From Leucoraja erinacea (taxonomy: Eukaryota), in assembly GCF_028641065.1 (NCBI RefSeq), contig NC_073384.1, positions 39,246,001 to 39,310,000 of the forward strand: a stretch of DNA of 64,000 nucleotides, given 5' to 3'. Positions 52,160 through 64,000 of the stretch are shown here, in pieces. The notes under the pieces were generated by a model. That model was given only the letters and a program-made list of their open reading frames with translations, ran no database searches and was not told the DNA's origin. A program made the translations under genes and the position numbers. Position 1 is the first letter of the stretch; every line of letters starts with the position of its first letter.

Positions 52160-53785
52160 AAGTGATGATGCCTATAGTAGAGGATAATAGCTACAGGGAG
52201 CAGTTGGACAGACTTAGATTGTTTTTTCTAGAACACGGGAGGTTGCGGGGAAACCTGATAGAAATATATAAAATTATGAGAAGCATAAATAGGGTAGACA
52301 GTCCGAAGCTTTTCCGGATGAAAACAATCAAATACCAGAGGGTGAGAGGGGCAAAGTATAAAGGAGGTGTGTGGGGCACAATATAAATGGCAACAATAAT
52401 GACTTGTGTTGTTGAAATCTGATTCCAAAAGGTAATAATAGATTCTATCGGAAGAAGAGATACTGTTCTTTGATCTTGCTTGGTTATTGAGAGAGGCAAG
52501 AACATTGACTGCAGTGACTTTAATGAAGATGTTTGGATTTTCTCTCGTCACCGGCGAGGTCCCAGAGGATTGGAGAACAGCCGATGTTGTTGCTTGGTTT
52601 AAGAAGGGAAGTAAAGATAATCCAGTAAATTATAGGGTGGTAATAGAGCTTCACGTAAGTTGTAGGGATGCTATTAGAGAGAATTGTGCATTTGGAAGAG
52701 AATAAGGGATAGTCAGCATGGCGTTGCCTGCGGCAGTCATATCTTACAAAGGTTATTGAGTTTTTTGAGGAGGTGACAAAGGTAATTGTTGGGCAATGGG
52801 TGTAGTCTACATTAGTTTTAATAAGGCATTTGATAAAGTATTTCATAATAGGCTGATCTGGAAGATTAAGATACATGGGATTCATGATGATTTGGTCATA
52901 TGGATTCAGAACTGGTTTATTCAAAACAAAAACAGGGTTGTGGCGGAAGAGTGTTATTTTTGCTGGAGGCTGATAACCAGTGTTTGCAGCCAACTTAAAT
53001 TGTTGCAGTTGCAGTCAATGAGAAAGGCTGTCAAAGTATATCAGCAACAGAAATGGGTGGCAAAATGGCAGATAAATTTTAATCTGAGCAAATGCGAGGT
53101 GTTGCATTTCAGGTGGTCATTGGGAGGAGAAAGTGTACAGTTAAAGATTCAACCCTTAACAGCATTGATGTACAAAGGGAATTTGTGGTCCAAGTCCAAA
53201 GCTCCCTGAAAGTGGCAACTCAAGCAGATAGAGTGGGAAAGAAGGTGTGTGGTATGTTTGCCTTCATTGGTAAGGACATTAAATATAAGAGTCGGGAAGT
53301 CATGTTGCAGTTTTATAGGAATTTGTTAAGGCCACATTTGAAGTATTATGTGCAGTTCCAGTCACCCATTCTAGGAAAGATGTAGAGGCTTTGGAGAGGT
53401 TGCAGAAGAGGTTTACCAGAATGCTGCCTGGATTAGAGGTTTTAGCAATAAAGAAAGGTTGGACAAATTTGGATTGTTTCTCTGGAACGTGTAAGATTGA
53501 GGGGAAAACTGATAAAAGTACATAAAGTTATGAGAGGCATATATCGGGTAGATGGTCAGAATCTTTTTTTCCGGGACGGAAATTTAAAATACTAGAAGGC
53601 ATAGCTTTAAGGTGTGAGGAGGAAAATATAAAGGATATGTACGGGGCAGGTTTTTTTTTTTTTTTTACATGGGTGGTGTGTGCGTGAAATGCGCTGCCAG
53701 TGGTGATGGTAGAGGCAGATACGATAGTTTCCTTTAAGATGCTATTACTTAGGAACGAGGATATGCAGGAAATGGAGGGCTTTGC
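52160..53785 (+). mobile_element. Old CR1 LINE fragments in adpgk intron 1
   Basis: GEVPEDWRTADVV, FNKAFDKV, RPHLKYYVQF; many stops and frameshifts. Confidence 0.85.
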
Positions 53786-55829
53786 ATCACACAAATTGTT
53801 GTCACATGCACCAAGATACAGTGAAAAACCTTTTTTGTCTGCTATCCAGGCAAATCATACCATACATAAGTAGATTAAGGGGAAAAAAGAGACTGCAAAA
53901 TAAAGTGTTACAGCTACAGAAAAATTCAAGATTAAAAAAAGAAGGGCTGCAATGTGGTAAATTGTGAGATTAGGAACTCCACCTTTGTATCTGAGAGGCC
54001 CATTCACGAGTTTGATACCAACAGGGAAGCAGTTCTTGAACCTGCTGGTACATGCTCTCATGCTTTTGTAGTTTCTTGTTGGACTTCTTGGGATTATGGT
54101 GTTGAATAGAAAAGATAGACACAAAATTCTGGTGTAACTCAGCGGGTCAGGCAGCATCTCTGGAGAAATTGAATAGGTGACGTTTCGTTTCAGGACCCTT
54201 CTATCAAAAAATAGGAGTCTGACATACTGTAAATGTCCTTGCTATCTAAATGTTCCAGTGATGAGTGTAGAGCCAGGAAGATGACATCTGTTGTTTTTCA
54301 CTGTATCTCGGGAGACCTACTAATACTCTGCCTCCTCACAGTTAACTATTTCAAGTCCATAACTCGCTGACAGTCACAAGTAAATGTGGTGGTAAACAAA
54401 ATGTATGGCATTATTGCCTTCATCATTTTGGGCATTGTATAAAAATTGGCAAGTCATGTTGCCGATGAATAGCAATTTTTGTGTAAACATATATTTGAGT
54501 TCTTTAGGTCTGGGTAGGAAATACTTCAGTGCATGAACTTAGAAAGTCTCCAGCCTAACATCAGAAAGCTGTAAGAGTGGATGTCGATCCAGAAATTGAG
54601 GGGGAATGACACAGACATTTGAAGGAACGTTTTTCAGGATATTAGGGCCAGAGTTTGCAAGCATGGGGGTTGTTTTGGTATTGGGGCAGGTGACTAGTCT
54701 ATTTAAAATTGTTAGATTCCAACTTGCACTGCCTTTTACCCTCTGCTATATTATCTTGCATCTATATTCCCATCACCATGCCTTTTTGTATTTAATCGTA
54801 TTTAATTATTTCTCTTTTTAATATTGATGGTTGATCTATCATAAACCTACTTTTATCATCAATTGAGCGGCGTGACTTCTAGTTGGGGACCAGGACTACA
54901 GACACTTTATTTCAACTGAATGCACTGTGCAAGTTTGTCAGTTTTATGCATTTTGATAATCATGGTTAATAAGTTATGTAAACATATACCAGTATCAAAG
55001 TAAATCAGAGAATAGCATCGTAATTTAAAAAAAAAATGTACTTTGTACATGGTTAGAGTGCAAGCTCTGCACATGTTTTTTAATGATAAGGGAAATAATG
55101 AACAAAGTCTAGATAAATAAAGTGGCAGCAAAAATAGAGAAGAAAAGATCCATGTGCCCTTGGCGCTCGTCAGCCAAGCTTGGGAATATAATATCATGTA
55201 AAAATTCATAAGTTCTAGAAGCAGAATTAGACCATTTGGCCCACCAAGTCTACCATTCAATCATGTCTGATCTATCTTTCCCTCTTAACTCCATTCTCCT
55301 GCCTTCTCCCCATAAACCATGACACCTTTGCTAATCAAGAATCTGTTAACCCCGCCTTAAAAATATCCATTGACTTGGCCTCCACAGCCGTATGTCGCAA
55401 TAAATTCCACAGATTCCGCACCTTCTGACTAAACAAATTCCTCCTCATCTTTCTAAAGGTACAACCTTTTATTCTGAGGCTATGGCCTCTGGTCCTGGAC
55501 TCTCCCAATAGTGGAACCATCCTCTCCACATTTACTCTATCCAGGCCTTTAACTCTTTGGTAAGTTTCAATGAGTTACCCCTCATCCTTCTAAACTGCAG
55601 TGAGTACAGGCCCAGTGCCATCAAACACTTATCATATGTTAACCCAATCATTCCTGGATCTTTCTCATAAGCCTTCTCTGGATCCTCTCCAACATTAGCC
55701 CATCTTCCTCAGATATGGGGCCTCAAAGTCGCTCACAATACTCCAAATGCGGTCTGACCGTAAATTAGAAAGCCTCAGGATTACATCCCTGTTTCTATAT
55801 TCTAGTCCTCTTGTAATAAATGCTAGAAT

Positions 55830-57028
55830 AAGCGAGTTTGGTATTCCGAAAAACACAAGAAATCATGGGATTTGTCAAAGGTCAAACGCTATAAATAAAA
55901 ATCGAACGAAACAAAGATTGAGTGAGTATAGTTTGGGTCTTTTTTTTAATTATAATTTTTCAGTGGGAGACTGGGTGGGGGCAAGAGACTGGGGCGGGGG
56001 GGGGGGGGAGACCGGGCGGGGGAGGGGGGGGGAGACCGGGCAGGGGCGGGGGAGAGACCGGGCAGGGGCGGGGGAAGACTGGACCGGCTCTCATCCGCAG
56101 TCAGGACCGTCCGTGGTTTCCCCCACGCAAGTATCCCGTCTCTGGTTTCCCCCCCCCTAACTCGAGGGAGACGTCCGGAACGACAGGACTCTGGCCCAGC
56201 ACAAACCCACAGCCAGCGCCAACTCCAGCCCAACCCTGCTCCAACTGAACAGGAACCCGCTCCCCGATGGGCCGTTACAGTGACAAGTGCCAGTTCGCCC
56301 CTGCTTTCCCTCAGCCGCCACCCCAAGTACAAGATGTACCTTGCACAGCACTGGCTTCTGCCCCTACGGTACCCGCTGCCACTTCTCCCACAACCCCGAT
56401 GAGGAGAGAGGGCTCCGGCCTCACCTGTGCCAGAACGCCAGCCTGGGCTCAGCCACCCCCAGCCCGGCGCTAGACTGTGCCGCGCTGCGGGCAGCCTTCA
56501 GCCCGACCTGGAGTTGGAGCTGGCCTGGACTCTGGGCTTGGGGCTGGGCAAGGGAGAGGGAGGAGGTTGCTGCTTCAGCCAGCACCACCAACATCAGCTC
56601 CAGCGGGCGCCCGGCCTGCCCATGGCCGACAGGAGCCCATCCGCAGACTCTCTCTCCAACCAGGACGATTCCAGCAGCAGCGGTTCTGAGTCGCCCGGTT
56701 TCGAGCAGGGCCGGCGGCTGCCCATCTTCAGCAGGATCTCGGTGTCGGACTGAGGGGAGGGGGGTAGAAGTGGAGGACTGCAGGGCCGGCAGAGCCGAGC
56801 TGGAACTAGTGGCTGCAAAGCCGGCTGCAGGTCCGGGGCCGCCCCTGAACACCTCGGGACAAGGACGGGGACGGCCCAGCAACAACTCGAGCACCTGCAG
56901 CGACGGAGAGCTGACCCCGACCACGGACGCAACGCAAGCCTGCACACAATGCAGCACCACCGTTGCTGAGACTTTATAGCTAGTGACCTATGACCTGGGC
57001 ATGCGCAGTCGGAATACTGAACTCGTTT
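55830..57028. mobile_element. Non-autonomous TIR DNA element carrying the ZFP36-like fragment, inserted in a CR1 copy
   Basis: Left end AAGCGAGTTTGGTATTCCGA (55830-55849) versus reverse complement of right end AAACGAGTTCAGTATTCCGA (57009-57028), 17/20 identical; AAT on both flanks; CR1 sequence resumes on either side. Confidence 0.75.
56270..56753 (+). pseudogene. zfp36: ZFP36/tristetraprolin-family (tandem CCCH zinc finger) gene fragment with frameshifting deletions
   Basis: Across shifted frames: RYSDKCQFA / LLSLSRHPKYK / CTLHSTGFCPYGTRCHFSHNPDEER, then the C-terminal NOT1-binding motif SGSESPGFEQGRRLPIFSRISVSD* ending at TGA 56751-56753. Confidence 0.88.
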
Positions 57029-59224
57029 AATGCATTTGCCTTCCTCACTACCAATTTGACTTGCAAATTAACTCTCTGGGAACCCTGCACCAGCACTTCC
57101 AAGTCCCTTTGCACCTCGGATTTCTGAATTCTCTCCCCATTTTGAAAATAGTCTACGCCTTTTTACTAATGCAATTGCAAATCATTTAACGTGTTTTATC
57201 TCATTTACAGTTCCACATGCTTTGGTCACAGATTGAGAAGCCTGCTGGACCTACTTTAAAAAGTGCTGATTGAGCAATGATAATTTGTTTATTACTGGTT
57301 TTAAATAGGTTGTTCTTGAGTTTGATTCCTAAATATTATTTTGCCTAATTTGGATCATTAATTTGCATCATGTTTATTAAATTTCTGTTGAACATTGGAT
57401 ACCTGGGCTGCCACTTTCAACTATATTAACATTGAAGATGTTTATATTGGGGCCAGTATTGCTGCTGAAAGTTGAAGGTGAAGCTCACAAACTTGGGTAT
57501 TGGATGTTTTTGATGCATTTTATAACTCATCCAGAGTTATTTATTTATTGGGAGAATAATTCTAATCACAAATTAATAACATTTAATGCAAGACATTGAC
57601 TGAAATGAGCTGGACTTTTGTCTCTATGGCAGTATATAATGATGAATAAAATTATATTGAAGATCTCAGTGGCAAGCTCGTTATAGTTATAGGTTGCTAA
57701 TTAAGACCAGGAAAAAATGTGGTGATTTGACAATAAAGTAATTACAAAAAATATATAGACTTGTCTATTCCTTACATTTTTGTTGTAGCTCATTCAGCAC
57801 TCTGTATTAAACAGTCGAAAAGATCAATCTTGCCTATTATCAGCCATGCTCTGTCCTGCCCCTCCAATCTTCCAGGTTTCTTTCACATCCCGTTGCAATC
57901 AGACTGAAGAAGGGTTCCAACCTGAAACGTCGCCTATCCATGTTCTCTAGAGATGCTCCCTGACCCGCTGAGTTACTCCAGCATATTGTGTCTTTCTTAT
58001 TTATTTTAAACTTGTGGTTATTCATCATTTATGTATAAAATATAGGATTTCATTAAAAATTAACTTTGCAGCGAGTAGATTATTTGCTTTCTCAGTGACA
58101 GCTTTCACCTTGCATGAAAATTCCAAAGTTATGATTAGTTTTGTTGTGTGATGGCAATGGATGTTGACTGTTTCAACATAATTCACACTCCAAGATATGG
58201 GCCCCAGAATATTCCTGCTCTTATTTGCATCCCCCAGACCTCACTGCCGGTTAACTGAGCTTTGATGTGCTTCAGTTCATATGATTTTCCTGAGGTAAAT
58301 TTTGGATGGTTCTCGTGTCCCTTTCCTGTGTTGAGCAAGTTCATACACTGACTGTTTACCCTTGTGATCAGGATGATATTTATTTTTGTTACCGATGAAT
58401 ATACAGTTGACATTTATCATGGAAAATGGCTGTTAACATTCACAGTCACTGATAAAAAAAATCATATTTTTTAACAGATGAAACACATATTTATTCTTGG
58501 ACTTGAACAGATAAAATTATTAAATAGCCATAGAAAGGGAAGCTGCCATTAACAGCAAAACACAGCCTTGAGAGGAAGTAATGCGCTGGATGATAATTTT
58601 AGAAAGATAGCTTCTAAAATATCACATGGCTGCAAGAACAAAATACATGGACATAAAATCCAGAAAGAAAACCGAAGTGTTGAATAAAAAGTAATGCAAC
58701 AAAAAAAACTTTGGTAAATTTGTAAGAGAAACATTGAATTTAAGGCAAATGTATGATCTATCTACAGTCCTTTATCAATATAATAACATGTATTTAACAA
58801 CACAAATATTTTATTTCATCTGACAATTAAAGCTATTTATAGACGGAAATCATTTTTTGCTCTGGTAGTGATTAACAAAGCACTATTCCTGCACATAAAG
58901 GCCATTTAGCTTCTCCACTGAAGTTCCCTTGTATATGATAATGTTAATGATGAATCTTGTAAATGAGGAAGGCTTTTTGACCTATTAATAGTTCAGTGAT
59001 TTTAATAGAAATATGTTATCTGAAAAGTCGCACATTTGTTTGCATAGTTAGGTGTATATCAATTAAATAAAACAAGATTGGAAATCTGACTTTAGAATTA
59101 GAATTGTTTTCCTTACTCTCCTTAGCTCCAGCCTAATAATGCTGTAATCTGAACTACCCCAATTTAGAGCCCTCCTCAAAGGTCCAGACTGATCCTTATT
59201 CATAACTTTCTGAAAAGTGATCAC

Positions 59225-59468
59225 TCCAATTTCAGGTAGTCCTTGCTTTCTCCCTCCTTCCCCTCCACTTCCTACCTCTCCCACAGCCGACTGTCTTCGC
59301 CTCTTCCTTTCTTCCCCCCCCCCCCCCCCCCCGACATCAGTCTGAAGAAGGGTCTCGACCCGAAACGTCGCCTATTCCTTCACTCCATAGATGCTGCCTC
59401 ACCCACTGAGTTTCTCCAGCTTTTTTGTCTACCTTTGATTTTACAGCATCAGCAGTTCTTTCTTAAAC
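59225..59468 (+). repeat. Penelope-like terminal repeat with hammerhead-ribozyme core (representative of many copies)
   Basis: CTGAAGA-A-GGGTCTCGACCC-GAAAC-GTC at 59342-59369 followed by the conserved GATGCTGCC...GAGTTTCTCCAGC...CAGCATC(T)GCAG tail. Confidence 0.65.
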
Positions 59469-61502
59469 TGTTCTCACAATACTCTCTCACAAGTTTCCAG
59501 TTCGGGGAAAAAAGCCTTCCAGCATCAATCCATTTCTGTATCCAGTTATCGAGGTCCAGTGCCATCATGTTGCCTGTCAGGAGCTCCAGCTGAGCACAGT
59601 TACCACATGTGTAATTCTCAGGGATACTGGAAGTTTCCCTGATTTCCCACATTCCACGGTAGTAGCAGAGCACTCCCCTTACTGCCAATGTCACTGCATT
59701 AAAGCTAAAGAGGAAGTGGTGAAAAAGGAGATCTTGACTTAGCTTACCTTTCACTTCCACTAAGCCTCTTCATTGCAGCCTCTTTAGCAAAAACCTCAGC
59801 ACTTATCTTGAAACACAGTTCTTGCACCTCAAACACAGCTTCTCCCATGTAAGATGTAATAAAAGGGAACTGCCAATGTTGGTTTACACCATAGATAGAC
59901 ATAAAATGCTGGAGAACCTCAGCAGGCCAGGAAGCAACTCGGGAGAAAATGGATCGGTGACGTTTTAGGTCAAGAGTGAAGAGGGATCCTAACCGGAAAT
60001 GTCACCCTTCCATTTTATCCAGAGATGCTGCCTGACCCGCTGAGTTACTCCAGCATTTTGTGTCTATCGCTTCCAAAGATGGCTGTTCCACTGGTTCCTG
60101 CCTTTTATACACTACCAGGGGCAGCCAATGCCAGAATCTAATGGCTGATTTTTAAGTCTTTGCTGCTCCTCTCAGCAGTGTATCTCATGGCTGAAACTGG
60201 CATGGCCTTGTGTTAATGGCTCCTTAGTCTCCTTGGCTGCTGCACTAGAGGCGAGGATATCTTTCACATGAGGCCCATTTACATTCAGTCTCTGATGGGC
60301 AAGTTGCTTTGCCTGATACTGCGCTCCACAATTATTGCTCCAAGCTATACACTATTTCACACTGTTCCAAGCTCCATCACTCCTCCGTGAATTCACTTTG
60401 TGGATATGAAATTGATTCAAGGATATTCTCAAATTCTCCTTAGTCTCCTTGCTCTTGGCCCACAACAGCTCCAAGGAGCAATCATGATAGCAATGATAAC
60501 CTTTAGTATAGAAGCTCTGTATAAATGGCAGGAAGGGAACTCCCAGTCCCACCTGCAAAACTACCTGTGGTATAGTCTGTGGGTCCCACATTGGCCTCAC
60601 CTTGGAACTCTCAAAACTGGGGTGGGTGAAAACCGTCTTTGAACAAGCAAGACTGCTGAAGGTTCAGAAAAGGCTATACAGTACCCTTTCCCTATTGCAG
60701 TTCCAGCCATTATATTTTTCAGGCCATAGCACTATTCTGATTGGTTTTCTGCTTCTGTTCCTTTAATTGTTGATGTTTTTCAGTTTCTTTAGTCCTTTTA
60801 GGCCTCTGGTCTTGGCTTACTATTTTTATCATGCCTACCCCAAGATCTTAGCTTTGTTGTGTTTCACTGTTCCCTCAGGCCAATGTCTTTGAACCCAGCC
60901 TGGGAATGATGCCAGATCTTTGTATCTGTTGCGATTCTTGCACTATACCTTGCACGACCCGCAGCTTATCAAAATGAAGGCACATGACTACATACATTGC
61001 ATTACTTTTGAGCCCAAAGTTGGTTGATTCAAATATCACTTTACAACAAAAATCCTTAGATGTGACATACCTCTGCAGTTTGTCATGAAGAAATAATAGA
61101 GCTACACTAAAGGTGGTGATTTCTTTCAGGTGAGATACTAAACTGAGATTATCTTGTCCCTCAAGCTTGTGTGTTTCAAAGAACTGTTTCACAGTAGACT
61201 TTGGGATTTCCCTGAGTACCTGATGAATATTGTGTAGAAAGGAACTGCAGATGCTGGTTCATAACAAAGATAGACACAAAGTGTTGGAGTAGCTCAGCGC
61301 GTCAGGCAACATCTCTGTAAAAAAAGGATGGGTGACTTTTTTGGTCAGGACCCTTCTTCAAACCCTTTTTCTCCAGAGATGCTGCCTGACCGTCTGAGTT
61401 ACTCCGGCTCTTTGTGTATCTACCTGAGGAATGTTATTTTAGGTGCTGCATTTGCTAAATTTTACTAATCATCTCTTTTTTTCCCCTATGGTCTTGCTGT
61501 AG

Positions 61503-61662
61503 GTTTTGGAGGCTGTCTTGATATTGTTGCAGATGGAATTGCTCTCCTTAACAAAGCGGGCATCAAGCCAAGCAGGAATCCTGTGCACCATAATTACATC
61601 ACATCAGAGGAACAATTGGCTGAAAGCTTTGCATACTTCTTTCCTTCAGGAGCTGCATCAGA
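61503..61662 (+). CDS. adpgk: ADP-dependent glucokinase exon 2
   Basis: tgtag acceptor, gtaagg donor; (G)FGGCLDIVADGIALLNKAGIKPSRNPVHHNYITSEEQLAESFAYFFPSGAAS(E); CxD and GAAxER motifs of ADPGK; phases match exons 1 and 3. Confidence 0.92.
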
Positions 61663-62039
61663 GTAAGGAAATTACATGAATGAGACTTACTAAATTAAAT
61701 GTGTACTTGGTTGTTGTAACAAAAATATATCTTGGCGATGATGAAAACATCAGTGTAATTGGACAATAGAGCAACATAATATCGCCAGTGACCCGGGTCT
61801 GATCCTGTCCTCGGGTGCCGTCTGTGTAAAGTTTGCGTGTTCTTCCTGTGACAGCATGGGTTTCCTCTGGGTGCTTCGGTTTCCTCCCACATCCCAAAGA
61901 TATGAAGAGTTTGTAGGCTAATAGGCCTCTGTAGATAGCCCCTAATGTATAGGAAATAGATGAGAAAGTGGGATAACACTGAACTAGTGTGAACGGATGA
62001 TGAATGGTTTGCATGGACTCTGTGTTGCCTGCGCTGAGC

Positions 62040-62750
62040 TACTTATATAACCTGAGCGGAAACAGGCCATCTCTGCCCCTACAAGTCCATGCCCAAATTT
62101 TTTCCCCGTGCCTGCCTCGTACCATAACCCTCCAAAATCCATAGGAATTTTTAAATGAAAACCAATGAACCTGCCTCACCACTTCCAGAGCTCATTTTAG
62201 TTGCGTTAATCCCCCTCATATTACCCCTAAACTTCTGTCCCTTAATTCTGAAGGTCCTCTTGTTTGATCTTCCCTATTCTCGAAAATTGTAAAAACAGAG
62301 AACAATTCTATCCCTCTCATCATTTAAAGACCTCTATCAGGTCCCCCCTTAACCTTCTTAGACCTAACGTGATTCAACCTATCTCTGTAACTTAGTTGTT
62401 GAAACCCAGGCAACATTCTAGTAAATCTCCTCTGTACTCTCTCTATTTTGTTGACATCCTTCCTATAATTTGGCGACCAAAATTGTACACCATACTCCAG
62501 ATTTGGGAGGTGCCTTGTACAATTTTAATATCAATGCTTTGAAAGGAGCATACCAAAAGCTTTTTTACCAGATCTATATGAGGGATAGGAACTATGGGGA
62601 TACCCAGATCCCTCTGTTCAACTGTATTCTTCAATTCCCTACCATTTACCATGTACGTCCTGTTTTGATTTGTCCTGCCAAGGTGTAGCACCTCACATTT
62701 ATCAGCATTAAACTCCATCTGCCATCTTTCAGCCCATTTTTCCAAATGGC
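62040..62750 (-). mobile_element. CR1 LINE fragment, noisy
   Basis: WAERWQMEFNADKCEVLHLG in ORF 62443-62745. Confidence 0.75.
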
Positions 62751-63060
62751 CTTCTGCCCTTCGTGTCCCCTTAAAAATTAGGAATTTTTAAAATGAAGAA
62801 TTTAGTTGGTTAATTCAATTACTTGAAGGGGTAAATAACAGAGTTGTAGCTTTAGAATGTATTTACCTTGTTTAAATTGCTGTAACAGCAGGAGGTGGTA
62901 TTTTTCAAGATAACTTTTTTAAGATCTGGGGATAATGATTCTTGGTTAGCTATTTCGAGTTAGCAGATACTTTGGGCAAGTTTATTTTCTAGTTAGTTTT
63001 AAATTGCTGTAATCGTATTCACAGTAATTGTTATTCATAGATTCCTGGTGTTATTTTCAG

Positions 63061-63251
63061 GCGCTTTATTTCCAATGGGACACTGTTTCGTAAACTGGTG
63101 AAAGCCACTCAAGGTCTTCCTCGAGTACGATGGTCGTTGGGTGGAAATGCACCAGTCATGGCAAATCGTCTCGCACAGGAAGGATGTGAAGTGCTCATGG
63201 GGAGCCGTCTAACGCCTGACCTCATTGAAGTCCTTCAAGAGCATGTAACCG
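63061..63251 (+). CDS. adpgk: ADP-dependent glucokinase exon 3 (gene continues beyond the window)
   Basis: ttttcag acceptor; (E)RFISNGTLFRKLVKATQGLPRVRWSLGGNAPVMANRLAQEGCEVLMGSRLTPDLIEVLQEHVT; GGNA motif; probable donor gtttgt at 63252. Confidence 0.9.
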
Positions 63252-64000
63252 GTTTGTGCCAATAAACTAATATTTGGGTTGTTCATTTCCATGATGTAGG
63301 AAAAGCAATTTTTACATCAACAACTTAGAGAACACCTTCACTTATCAGCGTCCAAACCTGCGTCTAATTTGCATTCAAGAAAAAGTGTTGTGTCCTTGGA
63401 ATTGAGAAATTAGATGAATAATAGAAAATTTGATTTGAAATTTTTTAAGATCGCAATAGATGGAGAGCTTTTGAAAAGTTCCAAAAGATAGCACCGAGTC
63501 GCTACCATTTTTTGTCATCAGGAGTTTTAGGAACAGTTTAGAGAGGGCTTATAAGGTTGAAGGAAATTTTGTTGAAGGAGCTTGTGCACGTTGATTGGAG
63601 TTTGAAGTTATATGGATCGATGATCGAGATCCAGAGAATATCAATGACGAGCGAAAACACTTGAGTACAGTGTGGATCAACAGCTGAGATTGATGTTGAA
63701 GTACTTCATTTTGGAAGTAAAGACAGGCTGGTATTGAGAGCTTATTTCACTGATCAAAACCTTCCTTTTATTTGAGGTATAACAATCAAATGTGTAGAAA
63801 TGGCTGTGCAGGGAATGGAGGGGTATGGATAATGCAAACAGAGGAGATTAGTTTAACTTGACATCATGGTTGGTACAAACGTTGTGGGCCAAAGAGCTTG
63901 TTCTTGTGCTGTGCTGTGCATTTCTATGTTCTGTGTATATTCAAAAGTTCTACCAAAACAACAAACTTAAGAGTTGCATCTTTCATTGACACTCTGTGCT

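Larger units (their letters stand above)
55205..57165 (-). mobile_element. CR1 LINE 3' fragment split by the TIR element
   Basis: CR1 sequence at 55205-55826 continues at 57032-57165 (...AAATGCTAG | GCATTTGCCTTCCTCACTACC...). Confidence 0.8.

Noticed and set aside
56267-56979. ZFP36-like region as a functional nested gene
   Set aside because: Finger 1 is truncated, deletions remove the His of finger 1 and the TEL of KYKTELC with frameshifts, and no N-terminus or promoter is recognisable

Overview
This is vertebrate genomic DNA, not prokaryotic. The repeat set (HE1/V-SINE-like tRNA SINEs, abundant CR1/HER1 LINE fragments, Rex1, Penelope-like terminal repeats) points to a cartilaginous fish, probably a skate or ray (inference). 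Two spliced + strand genes were reconstructed by eye. (1) A complete 7-exon glutaminyl-peptide cyclotransferase (QPCT-like) gene at 12666-35944, 360 aa. Its Zn ligands are intact, but the catalytic Glu (human E201) is Gln (DGQEA). (2) The CpG-island promoter and first three coding exons of an ADP-dependent glucokinase (ADPGK/adpgk2-type) gene from 50683, running off the window. The rest is nested mobile DNA: a Tc1 element with an open DD34E transposase, a degenerate hAT element with an 8-bp TSD, two Harbinger-type MITEs, a Helitron-like element carrying duplicated TATA+Inr modules, Rex1 fragments, a rearranged Gypsy remnant, and Penelope-type repeats with hammerhead-ribozyme cores. A 1.2-kb TIR-bounded element in adpgk intron 1 carries a decayed ZFP36/tristetraprolin-family gene fragment. 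Repeat family names come from recalled motifs, not database searches, and repeat boundaries are approximate unless TSDs or TIRs are quoted.
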